Made by a program: the position numbers and the translations under genes. A stretch of DNA of 64,000 bases from Octopus sinensis (taxonomy: Eukaryota). Shown here in pieces: positions 23,441 to 36,054 of this stretch; the stretch's first letter is position 1, and every line of letters starts with the position of its first letter. Under the pieces are notes generated by a model that saw nothing but the letters and a program-made list of their open reading frames with translations, ran no database searches and had not been told where the DNA came from. The DNA is taken from NCBI RefSeq assembly GCF_006345805.1, contig NC_043000.1, forward strand, positions 139,128,001 through 139,192,000, in the 5' to 3' direction.

Positions 23441-25040
23441 GTTTAGAATAATTAAATAAGTGTACAATTGTGAAAGAGTTCAAGTCTTCCAGCATCTGTT
23501 ATGACTGTGTATTGTGGTTCACCAATCTTAACCAAGCAGCACACCAAAAAATTAATCTCAAAATGGAAATGGTAAGCAAGTTTCATTCCTGTCCCACAAT
23601 TATTGTGCAAGCATACATATCAATAATAAGAATAAACAATTATTTAGAAGACTGTAAACATAACAATATTTATGGCTTGACTCTTTTTATTTTACTTTGT
23701 GAGATGGACTTCTGCATCTCTCTTATATATTTATCTACATATATTTACACACACAGACTTATACAATGATTATACAGATACATGTACATATATAAATAAT
23801 TTCATAAACAATCTGTCATACATACACTCATATGTACATAAATAATACATCTATTTGTATAGTAGCTCAAACTGGCACACGTATGAATTTACATGAGCAA
23901 AAATATTCCCATTCACTTATACAAACTTATTAAAACTTGCAAGCATGGACTCACAATTGCATATATATCACATACACACAAACACACACATATACACAGA
24001 CATAGAAACTTTTATAGAGATTTATATATAACTTCTTATTGGGATTGAAATGTAAATACGGCATTGACAAATCAATGCTACATCTTGCTATAATTCATGA
24101 CTTATTACTTCATAAATATATTTGTGAGGTTATATAAGGTTCTTTTATTCATTATAAAATCTCTGGCATTCTGTGAGTTATATATCATTTCTCCTTTTAT
24201 TATGGCAACACTGTTTCTTAATGGTTTGCTGTTAATCTCTTTAAATTTTCATATTTTTCATCCTTCTTCAACAGAAATACATTTCAGGAATAATTCATCT
24301 CAAAACTTCAGTTTAAAATTAATCTTGAGACCAGTTAATACAATAAAAGAAAAAAAAAAAAGAAGAAAAATCCTATTGTCCTTAAATACCCAGCACATTT
24401 GTGCATTGTGGACATGGTAACATAGTAGTAAATAAGCCTTTACTGTCACATAAGTTTTATTCCCAGTTAAGCAATTTCCCTTCAGTTACACCTCATGCAT
24501 ATAATGAATACTGTTGTCTTGTCAGAAAAGGCTCTTGCAGTCTTAGTTCTCTGAACCCATGATGTCTTCCACAAAAAGTGTTTTCTTCGACGATGACCAG
24601 ACGATGCACTAAAGGTTATGTGAAGATTTTAATTTATTTTGTAATCATATCTAGAATTGAAAATTACCTGTTTTATTGCACATGTGTATTTTCAATTCAT
24701 TTTCATTTAGAAAAACAAAATTCCAGTAAAGCACTCAGTTAACTGTATGAGGTGGTTGGCATAAGGAAGGGCATCAAATTTGAGTCACTAGAATCATATG
24801 GCACTATGTTCTTGCTCTTGAGATGCTCAAAATGTTTAATTCCTACATGTATTCATCTGATGGGAGCAGTTTCTTTAGCATACACTTGAGTGAAATTCCT
24901 TTCCTCTCTATTATATATACATGCATACGAACATAGTAGATAACAGCTAGCCTTTGGCTGCATTTTTGGACCCCCACTGTGTCCACTACTCTGGTTGGTA
25001 TTGGAGCAATTTGTCTCTTACTCTATTCGTGCCAATATGC

Positions 25041-25091
<51 letters not shown>

Positions 25092-25554
25092 AAGATAGAT
25101 AGATAGATAAAAAAAAATTATATATATATATATATGTACATGCATAAATACACACACAGACACACAAACATATGCATGTGTGTATGTATACTTTACTGGA
25201 AATGAATTTTTATCATTTGACTGAGGTTTCAGGTGAGAATTCACCTGAAGGTTTCAATGACCAAAAACATTCATACAAATTCTCCTAACTTCTTAGTTGT
25301 TCCATATTATCCTGGTGATTTTCTCTGTGTACCCTAATTGCTTAGATAATCCTGAGGGATTTATACACATTTACTTGCAGGCAAAACATTTGAGGTTAGC
25401 CCCAGCAAGGAAGTCACTGTAGTTTGTAACAGGTCTTTGTACATGGTTTCTCTGGTGACTCACTAGACCTGCATGAGACATACATACATGCATACATACA
25501 TACATACATGCTAAGCGTACCATACGAGTGTGATTGTTACCAGAGAAAGAAGCA

Positions 25555-25930
25555 TGCCTCCATACTGATGGCAAGTAGAAAAGCAGCATTCGAGCATGAT
25601 CGTAATCTACATCGCCTTACTGGCACTTGTGCTGGTGGCACATGAAAAAACATTCGAATGAGGTCATTATCAGTGCAGCTGGTCCAGCTCATGTGCAGGT
25701 GGCACATAAAATGCACCATTGAGTATGGCCGCTGCCAGTAACACCTCACTGGCCCTTGTGTCGGTGGCACGTAAAAGCACCCACTACACTCTTGGAGAGG
25801 TTGGCATTAGGAAGGGCATCCAGCTGTAGAAACTCTGCCACATCAGATTGGAGTCTGGTGCAGTCATCTGGTTCGCCAGACCTCAGTCAAATCATCCAAC
25901 CCATGCTGGCATGGAAAGCTGACGTTAAAC

Positions 25931-25966
<36 letters not shown>
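25555..25966 (+). mobile_element. Family D element with long (GAT)n tail
   Basis: Several GTGGCAC(A/G)TAAAA(A)GCACC modules, then the terminal block and about 12 GAT repeats. Confidence 0.8.
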
Positions 25967-26499
25967 ACATGCATACATTCGAATGATTCAAATGATTAGA
26001 AGACTACAAATCCAAGTCAGATGTGGAACTGTCAAAATCTGTAAAACTTTCCCAAAGTTTATCATCTAAGTATATATGAGTATGTCTAGATATGCAAATA
26101 TATGTACGAGAAGACATACATAAAGCAAAACATACAAATCTGCATGTATACATACGTACAAAAATACCCTGTTGTTGATGTTGAAATTCCAATGAAGGAG
26201 CCTTGGATCTAGGTTAGAAATGGGATCTTTCTCTATTATGAAGAAATCTTGAAATAAACTGAATAATGCCTCATATACATATACATGCATGAGTATTTAA
26301 GTGCATATATATGTATGTATATGTGTGTAACGAAATGTGAATATCTCCTCTTGCACTTTTGGGGTGCAAGTTGGTGCAATCACTTTCCGTTGCTTTTATA
26401 TCCAGATTCTACCAGTCAAAGAAACACAAAACGCAGACGTAAAAAATAGATATACTTTATTGTTTTATACCGGTGAGAAATCAGTGGTATATCTGATAT

Positions 26500-26891
26500 C
26501 CTTGGTTCTGGGCGCGCAAGGCTGAAAGTTAATCGCTTGTAAGATTTACAATGTTCAGCCGCTAAAAACAGAACGGGTTAAAGATGGCCGCGGAATAATG
26601 AAGACGATGTTGTCTGCAACAATTTGGTTAAAATCTTCAGCCGACTGCTATCAAATACGGACAGAGAGAAAATATACGTCTGCTGGTATCAAAGGCCTTC
26701 TGCTGTCTCTCTGCTGGACGCTGATGGTCAAGGTTTTTGCGTTCCCTTGACTCTTTTCTAAGGGTCGCTTTTCCTAGCCAATCAGCTAATTCCACGATAG
26801 CAATATTCCCTCTTCTGTTGATGAAAACACGCGCGAATGAGAAAAGGGCGTTGCGCGCGCGCGCTGTTGTATAGCGTCACTACATGTGAGT
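26500..26891. promoter_or_regulatory. CpG-rich promoter-like island
   Basis: Local CpG retention outside any recognised repeat; AGCCAATCAG CCAAT box (26776-26785); AAGATGGCCG YY1-like motif (26581-26590); (GC)6 at 26853-26864; + strand GTGAGT donor-like site at 26886. Orientation unresolved. Confidence 0.55.
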
Positions 26892-27593
26892 TTGTGTGTG
26901 TATAACAGAGAGTTGAAAGAAGAAATAGAATAGTGTTAATGAAATACACTACTGACTATGCAATGCTGATAGAAAGAGAAAACAGAAATTGAATCTAAAA
27001 ATAGTTACTGATGACCCATGTTATAAAGGTCAAACAGCCCCTATATAGTAGACCCACATACCTAAGATTCATCCAAAAAAATAAACAGTTGAAATATACT
27101 CGAAGGCTTATAAATCTCATAAACAACTAATGTTCATCTGATCGATAGAATTCTGTTAATGACTATTTAGGAGAAATGCATTAGGATCGTTGATATCTTA
27201 CAAAATATTTGAAAACTCAATATAAAATTCTTGTATTTTTCTTAAATGACTGAAAGGGCGTTTGTATTATGTAAACAGAGTGTGGCATTTACAGAAAGGT
27301 GTTGTTTCCTTCATACTGTCTCTCTGATGTAAATAAAAGAAAATACCTTCAAAGAAGAATTGAAGCTCATTCTTTGGAATTCACCTCCGTATTGACATTT
27401 TAACATTCAGCATTAAATGGAAATAGCATGTTTGTGCATCAGAGTGTGTGTGTGGTGTGTGTGTGTGTGTCTGTGTGTGTGTGTGTGGTGTGTGTGTGTG
27501 TGCAAACGTGCATGTGCATGCACAGATGTGTGCTTGTGTGTACCTATGTATGTTTGCCTGTGAAAGTGTGTGCATGGGTTTGTGTGTGTATAA

Positions 27594-27624
<31 letters not shown>

Positions 27625-27643
27625 CATTTATGCATGAGTTTGT

Positions 27644-27684
<41 letters not shown>

Positions 27685-28550
27685 CATTTATGCATGAGTT
27701 TGTGTGTATGTGTGTGTGTGCGTGTGCATTTATGCATGAGTTTGTGTGTATGTGTGTGTGTGTGTGTGTGCATTTATGCATGAGTTTGTGTTTATGTGTG
27801 TGTGCGTGTTCATTTATGCATGAGTTTGTGTGTATGTGTGTGTGTGTGCGTGTGCATTTATGCATGAGTTTGTGTGTATGTGTGTGTGTGTGTGTGTGCA
27901 TTTATGCATGAGTTTGTGTTTATGTGTGTGTGCGTGTTCATTTATGCATGAGTTTGTGTGTATGTGTGTGTGTGTGCGTGTGCATTTATGCATGAGTTTG
28001 TGTGTATGTGTGTATGTGTGTGCGTGTTCATTTATGCATGAGTTTGTGTTTATGTGTTTATGTGTGTGCATGTGCATTTATGCATGAGTTTGTGTGTGTG
28101 TGTGCGTGTTCATTTATGCATGATTTGTGTGTATGTGTGTGTGTGTGTGCGTGTTCATTTATGCATGAGTTTGTGTGTATGTGTGTGTGCGTGTTCATTT
28201 ATGCATGAGTTTGTGTGTATGTGTGTGTGCGTGTTCATTTATGCATGAGTTTGTGTGTATGTGTGTGTGCGTGTTCATTTATGCATGAGTTTGTGTGCGT
28301 GTGTTTGTGTGTGCGTGTGCATTTATGCATGAGTTTGTGTGTGTATGTTTGTGTGTGCGTGTGCATTTATGCATGAGTTTGTGTGTGTGTGTTTGTGTGT
28401 GCGTGTGCATTTATGCATGAGTTTGTGTGTATGTGTGTGTACATGAGCGTATGTGTATGTGTGTGTGTGTGCATTTATGCATGAGTTTGTGTGTATGTGT
28501 GTGTGTGAGTGTGTGTGTGCGTGCGCGTGTGCATTTATGCATGAGTTTGT
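27625..28550 (+). repeat. Minisatellite: 21 copies of a CATTTATGCATGA(GTTTG) core separated by variable (GT)-rich spacers
   Basis: 21 cores counted by eye; period about 38-65 nt; embedded in a (GT)n field from ~27440 to 28600. Confidence 0.9.
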
Positions 28551-28865
28551 ATGTATGTGTGTGTACATGAGCATATGTGTATGTGTGTGTGTGTATACAT
28601 GTGTTTGAGGCTTCTCATGAATTTTCTCATTGGCAATAAACTATCAACAACTTTCAATTAGAATAAACAGACATAACTATTTTGTTATTCCAATGTTTTG
28701 GAAATGTATGAACATCTAGATTTTCAATCTTCGGCAATGTCTGCTAAATTATTTTCTAGCTCTTCCTTTAGGGAATTTGTGTGAAATTCTTCATAATTTT
28801 CTCTTATTCTCAAGTTCGACTAGCTCACTGCAAAATAATCACCATCATCATCATCATCATTTAAC

Positions 28866-29288
28866 TCTCTTTACTCTCTTTTACTCTTTTACTTGTTTCA
28901 GTCATTTGACTGCGGCCATGCTGGAGCACCGCCTTTAGTCGAGCAACTCGACCCTGGGACTTATTCTTTTGTAAGCCGAGTACTTATTCTATCGGTCTCT
29001 TTTGCCGGACCGCTAAGTGACGGGGACGCAAACACACCAGCATCGGTTGTCAAGCAATGCTAGGGGGACAAACACAGACACACAAACACACACATGCACA
29101 CATATATATATACATATATACGACAGGCTTCTTTCAGTTTCCGTCTACCAAAACCACTTACAAGGCATTGGTCGGCCCGAGGCTATAGCAGAAGACACTT
29201 GCCCAAGATGCCACGCAGTGGGACTGAACCCGGAACCATGTGGTTGGTTAGCAAGCTACTTACCACACAGCCACTCCTGCGCCTATAA
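28866..29288 (-). mobile_element. SINE family B flanked by a 77-bp direct duplication
   Basis: Full head and tail; 28789-28865 equals 29292-29368 with 2 mismatches. Confidence 0.9.
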
Positions 29289-29509
29289 ACTCTTCATAAT
29301 TTCCTCTTATTCTCAAGTTCGACTAGCTCACTGCAATATAATCACCATCATCATCATCATCATTTAACGTCCACTTTTCCATAATTTTATGAATCAAGCA
29401 GAGTTTATTTGAGGCAGATATTCCTCTGCCAGATGTCTTACCTGCTGTTAGCGCTCCCCTGCTTCCAAGCAACATATTTCCCCATGAGCACATATATTCT
29501 TGCAGAATA

Positions 29510-29896
29510 TCTTTATATATAAAAGTAAGGTGTGTGTCTGTCTCCTACGATTTAGATTCCTAACTACTCCCACATTTTGCGGTGCAGTTTAACCAAAACC
29601 GGGTATCTTATAGTCGTGATTCATATCGAGCCCTTCTGGATATTAGTGCGCGTCTATGATTTAAAAAAAAATTTACCATCATTTTTTTTCCATTTTAATG
29701 TATTTTTTCGCTATTATATAAGGGAAGTAACTCTCTAAAAATGTCTACGATGAGTCAACGGTTAAAAAAAAAATTTACCATAATTTTTTTTCCAATTTTA
29801 ATGCATTTTTTTGCTATTTTTTGGCTATAACTCTCTAAAAATGCTTATATAGTTATTTCCCTTACAAACCCGAGCAACGCCGGGCGATACTGCTAG
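29510..29896 (+). mobile_element. Non-autonomous Helitron (~390 bp)
   Basis: 5' A|TCTTTATATATAAAAG; subterminal hairpin CCCGAGCAACGCCGGG (29869-29884); 3' CTAG (29893-29896); no TSD; internal tandem duplication of an A-tract...CTCTCTAAAAATG block. Confidence 0.8.
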
Positions 29897-30009
29897 CTGG
29901 AAATAAATGACACTATAACTTCTAACAACTAACCAGCTTTCACATGCTGTGAAGACAAGGAGACACAAACATACACACAGACACACACACTCACATATAA
30001 ACAAAAGTA

Positions 30010-30583
30010 TTGGGGTGTCCGGAAAGTTTGTGCCGATTTATAGTAGCTTACCTTTCGACTTATTTTAGAACATGGTTGAGTCCAGAAAATAGGATTTGAC
30101 TACACCTCCATTTAGAGCACAGTTTAAGCTATCTTTTCGTGGAAGAAGGTTTATGTTCTTATAACCTGTGTTAATTCTGTAATCTTTTAAAATGGAAGAT
30201 AAGAAAGTTCATTTTCTACACTTGATGCTTTGGGAACCAGACAAAAATTGCTACAGCTTGGCTGGGATGTGTTACCCCACGTTCCATATTCACCAGATAT
30301 TGCTCCTTCAGATTTCCACTTCTTCAGGTCTCTGCAGAATTGTGTTAATGGTAAAAATTTCAATTCTTTGGATGACATAAAAAGATACCTTGATGAACTA
30401 TTTGCCATGAAACCACCTCAATTCTGGGAAGCCCTCTTCCCAGAATTTTCAAGTTAAAGGAAAGATGGAGATGCATTGTGCAACAAAATGGTTCATATTT
30501 GGTTGATTAAAAATGTAATGGCAAGTATTTATTGACCTTTTTCTTTCCTTTAAAATTCAGCACGAATTTTCCGGACGTTCCAA
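30010..30583 (+). mobile_element. Non-autonomous mariner deletion derivative
   Basis: Imperfect ~30-bp TIRs (TTGGGGTGTCCGGAAAGTTTGTGC), TA flanks, internal VLPHVPYSPDIAPSDFHFFRSLQN (mariner D34D C-terminus). Confidence 0.9.
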
Positions 30584-30599
30584 TATATACAAGTTTTGA

Positions 30600-30738
30600 G
30601 TTTCTGTCTGTAAAAATCCACTCACAAGCAAGAATTCCTGGTCAGCCTTGTGCAATTGCCAAAAGTGCAACCCAGTGGGACTGAACCGGAACTATGTGGT
30701 TGGGAAGCAAACTTCTTACCACACAGCCATGCCTGCAC
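30600..30738 (-). mobile_element. SINE-B 5' fragment
   Basis: CCACTCACAAG...GGGACTGAACC...CCACACAGCCATGCCTGCAC. Confidence 0.7.
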
Positions 30739-31868
30739 GTACAGAATATAAAATGAATAAGCCTGGTGTCACATGATATCATAATTTGAAACCAAATAGC
30801 TTTCTTTGGCTATTGAACAACATATATAATACTGAACAAGAACTGCTTATTCAATTTTTGTATTTTTATTATTAACCTCTGTGTGTGTATGTGTGTGTGT
30901 GTTTGTGTGTGTGTTCCACGCTTGTGCATGTACATGTGTGTGTGTGTGTGTTATTAGTAGTAATTTCAATTTTCGCTGTGTCAAATAAACCCTTTAGGTA
31001 TGAAAAATGGCTTGTTATCATTTTATTGTCATACTGATTAACCTTATCATACTAATTTATCAGGAAAATGAAGATAACAAAAGAGAGAAAGAGAGAGATG
31101 AAGCAGAGAGAAGTTATTAAACTGTAAGTTTAACTGAATTAAAACTGATAGCATAAAGAAATTATTATGCATATTTAAGTGCTGAGGCCAGGATAAATGC
31201 AACAATTTTTTTGCTTTAAAGTGTTACTAATTAAGCATTTTATGCATACATTCATACACACATATCTATTTATTTGTCTGTGTGTCTTTCCATCTATCTA
31301 GCTAGCTAGTTGGCTAACTATTATTTTTTGCTAAAACATTGTATCAGTTAAATATTGAGATAAATAGTAACACTGAATTTCTCCCCTCAAAAATTGATGT
31401 ACATATACCTAAATTAGCAACTATTATTTGTGAAAGCATAACAGGGTTCATAAAAAAGTCAACTCATCTGGACAATTACGTTTATAAATTGATTCTTATA
31501 ATTAGATCGTTAATCTATGATGTTTGGAGAAATTCATTATTGCATAAGGAGTATCAAAAGGTTAAGCATTCGAGAATACTAAAATACTTAACCTGTAGAA
31601 AAGAAACATTACCTATAGCCTTTCAGGACCTGTTAGACAGAGAAGGAAAAAGAAACTGTAAGAAAGGGTTGTTCATGATGTTTAATATACATTTTTGGTG
31701 GGAGAGAAACCTCAATAGAAATACCAAGAGGATCAAAAGTAAAGGGCTGTTTAAATAGATGGTGCAATAAAACTTTTTTGAGTAATGATAGAAAAATAAT
31801 TGAAGGATATTATATATGGGCCATTGGTTGTAAGTTATTGATAAGTGAAAGTAAATAAACCTTTGTTA

Positions 31869-31899
<31 letters not shown>

Positions 31900-32246
31900 T
31901 TCTAGTTTCAGCTCAGAGCTGTGGCCATGCTGATGCACCGCCGTTAAGAAATAACTCGACCACAACGAGTTATTATATACATATAAAAACGATGAATAGC
32001 CTTTGCGTAAACCAATTGGTTCGTTTTGTTCTCTTACTTTATTATAATTATCATCCTATAATCATCTCATAATAATGACCTTTATGACTCGTATTACTAC
32101 CTCAGTCAATCTAAATGTATATATTTGTCACTACCTGTCATAAATAGCCTTTTTCTATCTGCAATATGCATTTTCGTTGATTTTTCATATTTTACCCTTA
32201 CATTTCCACGTGTATTTTATATTTTCTTTTCGTAACATATTTCTAC

Positions 32247-32289
<43 letters not shown>

Positions 32290-32515
32290 GATCAAATAAG
32301 GTTAAGGGATAAATGTCCATGGAATCTGTGTTAGACTAACCAAAAAATAAACTGTAAGGTTCAGTTAATAAAACTGTGTATCTTGAAGGATGCTCAGTTT
32401 TATGCAAATCCTTTTAAGGATGCACATAAAAGCCATGAACCGAAAATTTTCGTAGGAGATTTGCAAGTAATAATAAAGTTCTCTTAGTTTGAGACCATAA
32501 TATATTTGTAATAGC

Positions 32516-33060
32516 TATTTCTTTACTACCCACAAGGGGCCAAACACAAAAGGGACAAACAAGGACAGACAAACGGATTAAGTCGATTACATCGACCCCA
32601 GTGCGTAACTGGTACGTAATTTATCGACCCCGAATGGATGAAAGGCAAAGTCGACCTCGGCAGAACTTGAACTCAGAACGTAAAGGCAGACGAAATACCT
32701 ATTTCTTTACTACCCACAAGGGGCCAAACACAGAGGGGACAAACAAGAACAGACAAACAGATTAAGTCGATTACATCGACCCCAGTGCATAACTGGTACT
32801 TAATTTATCGACCCCGAAAGGATGAAAGGCAAAGTCGACCTCGGCGGAATTTGAATTCAGAACAAATAGCTATTTCTTTACTACCCACAAGGGGCCAAAC
32901 AAGGACAGACAAACGGATTAAGTCGATTACATCGACCCCAGTGCATGACTGGTACTTAATTTATCTACCCCGAAAGGATGAAAGGCAAAGTCGACCTCGA
33001 CGGAAATTAGAACTCAGAACATAACGGCAGACGAAATACCGCTAAGCATATCGCCCGGCT
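32516..33060 (-). mobile_element. SINE family C trimer within a single 16-bp TSD
   Basis: Units 32516-32699, 32700-32863 and 32871-33060; ATATATTTGTAATAGC at 32500-32515 and 33077-33092. Confidence 0.9.
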
Positions 33061-33959
33061 AAATTTGTATGTTTGTATATATTTGTAATAGCATCAACCC
33101 AGTGCATTACTGGCAGTTGTTCTACCAGTTATAGGAGGATGACATGGTAGGTGGTAAAGCAAAACAAAGAAGGAACTGAAAGTAGAGTAATAAACATTCT
33201 AGCTCATGTTTAATTATAACTGCATAATTAAAATGATAAGAACAATGAAGATTTAATATTCATTATTGTTTACTTTTTACGTTAGATATAATTCATTTGT
33301 TTATATTATCTTTGTTTACTTTAGTTCCCTCTTCTTTTTTTTGAAAGAAATTGTAAAAAAAAAAAAAAACCCAAAAGAGTAGAAAATAACTTGAAGCTAG
33401 TAGTTCCAGTACGATAGAAAAGTTTAGCTTGAATTGAGTTCTTCACAAAAGAAAAAGTAAAAGCAGCGACGAAAGAAAGGGAAATGTAAAACAACAGCAA
33501 CTAAAGAAATGATCCAATTCACAGATTTCATTCGACAGGAAATTGGCCATGCAACAAAAGGAAATTAAGATTAATTGATTTGTCTGGTGGGGGTTTGGAA
33601 TGTTCTATTGACTATTGGGTTTCTATGTATGACAACAAACATATATATACTCTTACAATGTACTCACACAAAAATACATACATACACACAATACATGTAT
33701 ATGTATATACCTATGCATATATATATATATGTATATATGTACTAGCAGCTAAGCCTAGTTTCACCCAGTCTGTTTGGATGATGTGGCTGTGATCGTTTTC
33801 AGTTAGGCATAGGTGTATGAAAATTAAGTTCAGACCTGTACATGGTAGCTAGACCTAGTAGAAATAGCAGCCAAATCTTCCTCAAAACACCCTACTGTGT
33901 TAATCCGACAATTCTGCCTATTATGTAGTTTGAATGAGAAAATGTAACTAAAGATTAAG

Positions 33960-34260
33960 ATTATTAACCCCACAAAGAGGTGAAAGAAGAGAGTGAAAGT
34001 TTTGGCTGACTGTCATCCTTTACTTCCCCTGTTGCTAGCGAAATGGTATATGCCGGCTGTGTGAGCAACTGGTTGTTTTAATGGCGGAACAAACAGGGGA
34101 ACTCCCTTAGGAAAAGTGTTAATCGATTTTCTCGGTAAGTATGGGGGCTAAAAAAATATAGAAACCGCATTCCAGTCTATGCACTCGTCTCCATATGTGT
34201 GCCATTTTTCACGTGAATCCACCCAGCTGTTTGGCTGTGAACCTCAAGACAAGAAAGAAT
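33960..34260 (+). promoter_or_regulatory. Candidate promoter / non-coding first exon ending at a consensus donor
   Basis: CpG-retaining unique sequence; CTCG|GTAAGT at 34134/34135; only short uORFs (e.g. MAEQTGELP* from 34081); CACGTG downstream near 34210. Confidence 0.4.
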
Positions 34261-34301
34261 ACAATGATCGCCCTTGTCCAATTTATATTATATATATATA
34301 T

Positions 34302-34334
<33 letters not shown>

Positions 34335-34374
34335 ACTGCATATAAATATTTATATGTGTGTGTGTAAATATATA

Positions 34375-34770
34375 CAGGGTGCATAAGGTATTTGAGGACA
34401 TATCTTTTTGAGGTCATTGTTGCATTTTTGGTAAACTCTGTGTAATCATTGTTTCAGAAAATAATAAATAATATCGTTATTTGTCAAAAAATGCTATGAG
34501 GTTAAAGATAACCATTTTTATAATGTTATTCAATAAAGCAACCTTCAGCATCAACACCTGCTTCTGTATGTCATCTAAATCATCTACATGTTCGAAACAA
34601 GTGGTCCTGGTTCATTTTGGACATTACTCTAACTATGGCAGCTTTCAAAGAATCTTTGGTGTTATGGGCGTGTTCATTGACCTCTCTCTCTCTCAACAAT
34701 GCTCCATATGTAATAGTGTAATAGGCTAAATGGATTGAGATCTGGGGAATTAGGAAAACTCCAGTATTAT
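34375..34770 (-). mobile_element. Tc1/mariner-superfamily (maT/DD37D-like) 3' fragment
   Basis: Minus frame REVNEHAHNTKDSLKAAIVRVMSKMNQDHLFRTCR, preceded by a degenerate SPDLNPL motif; end TA|CAGGGTG. Confidence 0.7.
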
Positions 34771-35209
34771 CCATAAATATCAATGATTAACCTTAATCAT
34801 GGTGTAAAAATAAAATGAAAACAGACAAAGGAATAAGCTGATATTCCTGAAATAGTTTTGTTGAGAGTGTTTATTGTGACATAAAGATGGTACTGCCAAG
34901 TACATGCATAATTAAATACTGGGTAACATATTACGTAAATTTATAGATGTTGAGCATACAGCTTACCTGACTGCACCATGCTTACATCACAATAAAGACT
35001 CTTTACAAAACAAAAGTAGAGATACTAAGTAAACAGTTTATCAGGATTTTTTTACATATATGTTTGTGTGTTGGTGCCTGTGTGTGTATGTATGTATATA
35101 TGTATGTATTTACACATACACACACACAATCATAGAAGAGTGTTGAGAACAAACAGACATTATTGGTTTTTGTACAATAAAGAAAAAATCCAGGTAAATA
35201 TAAATGAAC

Positions 35210-35285
<76 letters not shown>

Positions 35286-35729
35286 TTTTAATATAAAATT
35301 AAACAAGCAACAAATAGTTGGACAAGAGCTGTCAGTAAAATTACCAGAGCTAATATGGAAATACATGTTCAATTATGCAAATTGGTTTGCATTAGCATAT
35401 TTTACTTAAGTTTTAAACATGATCCTTTCCGTGATTTGAATAATGTTCAGGTGTTTAATAATTACACATTACATGGAAGGTTTATCATTCTAATAGACAA
35501 ATATATGTTTTTTTTGTTGTCTTTTTTTGTGTGTGTGTGATAGTTGTTTGTTGCTTCGTATTACTTGTTGATATACTTGTTATTAATGGCAGGTGTTGCA
35601 TGGGGATGCTTGTATGCTTTAGGTTTCCATGCATATTTGCATATATTTGCTGGTTTGAGAGAATATGCTTATGAAATGCAATTTAAAGGTGACAAATACA
35701 ATGAAGCTTTAGAAATGGATTGTGGATGT

Positions 35730-36023
35730 GCATGTGTGTGCATACATACACAAGCATATATATACACATATATATATGTATATGTGTATGTGTGTGTGTG
35801 TATGTATGTATATATATATATATGCATGTATGTATATATATATATGTATATATGTGTATATATATATGTATATATATATATATATGTATGTATGTATGTA
35901 TACATATATATATATATGTATATATACATACAGCGTAACACTAATATACCTGCATGTTGTTCATACACCTGTCTTCATCTTTTGTTTTTCTCTCTCTACA
36001 TATATATGCAGATAGATAAATAG

Positions 36024-36054
<31 letters not shown>

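Noticed and set aside
24480-24670. Minus-strand donor/acceptor pair suggesting a 58-nt intron
   Set aside because: Upstream sequence is non-coding and partly degenerate family D; downstream frames close quickly.
27625-28550. CRISPR-like repeat-spacer appearance
   Set aside because: Spacers are low-complexity GT repeats rather than unique sequences, there are no cas genes, and the context is eukaryotic.
27381-28574. Many overlapping His/Thr- and Cys/Val-rich ORFs up to 162 aa
   Set aside because: Translations of the (GT)n-based minisatellite, open in several frames on both strands; same for ORFs at 2840, 8663, 15986, 35544-36317, 36991, 43685 and 51464-52041.
35544-35740. Non-repetitive N-terminal part of the 159-aa ORF ([15 protein letters not shown]...)
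   Set aside because: No recognised domain; runs into a microsatellite without a clear donor site.
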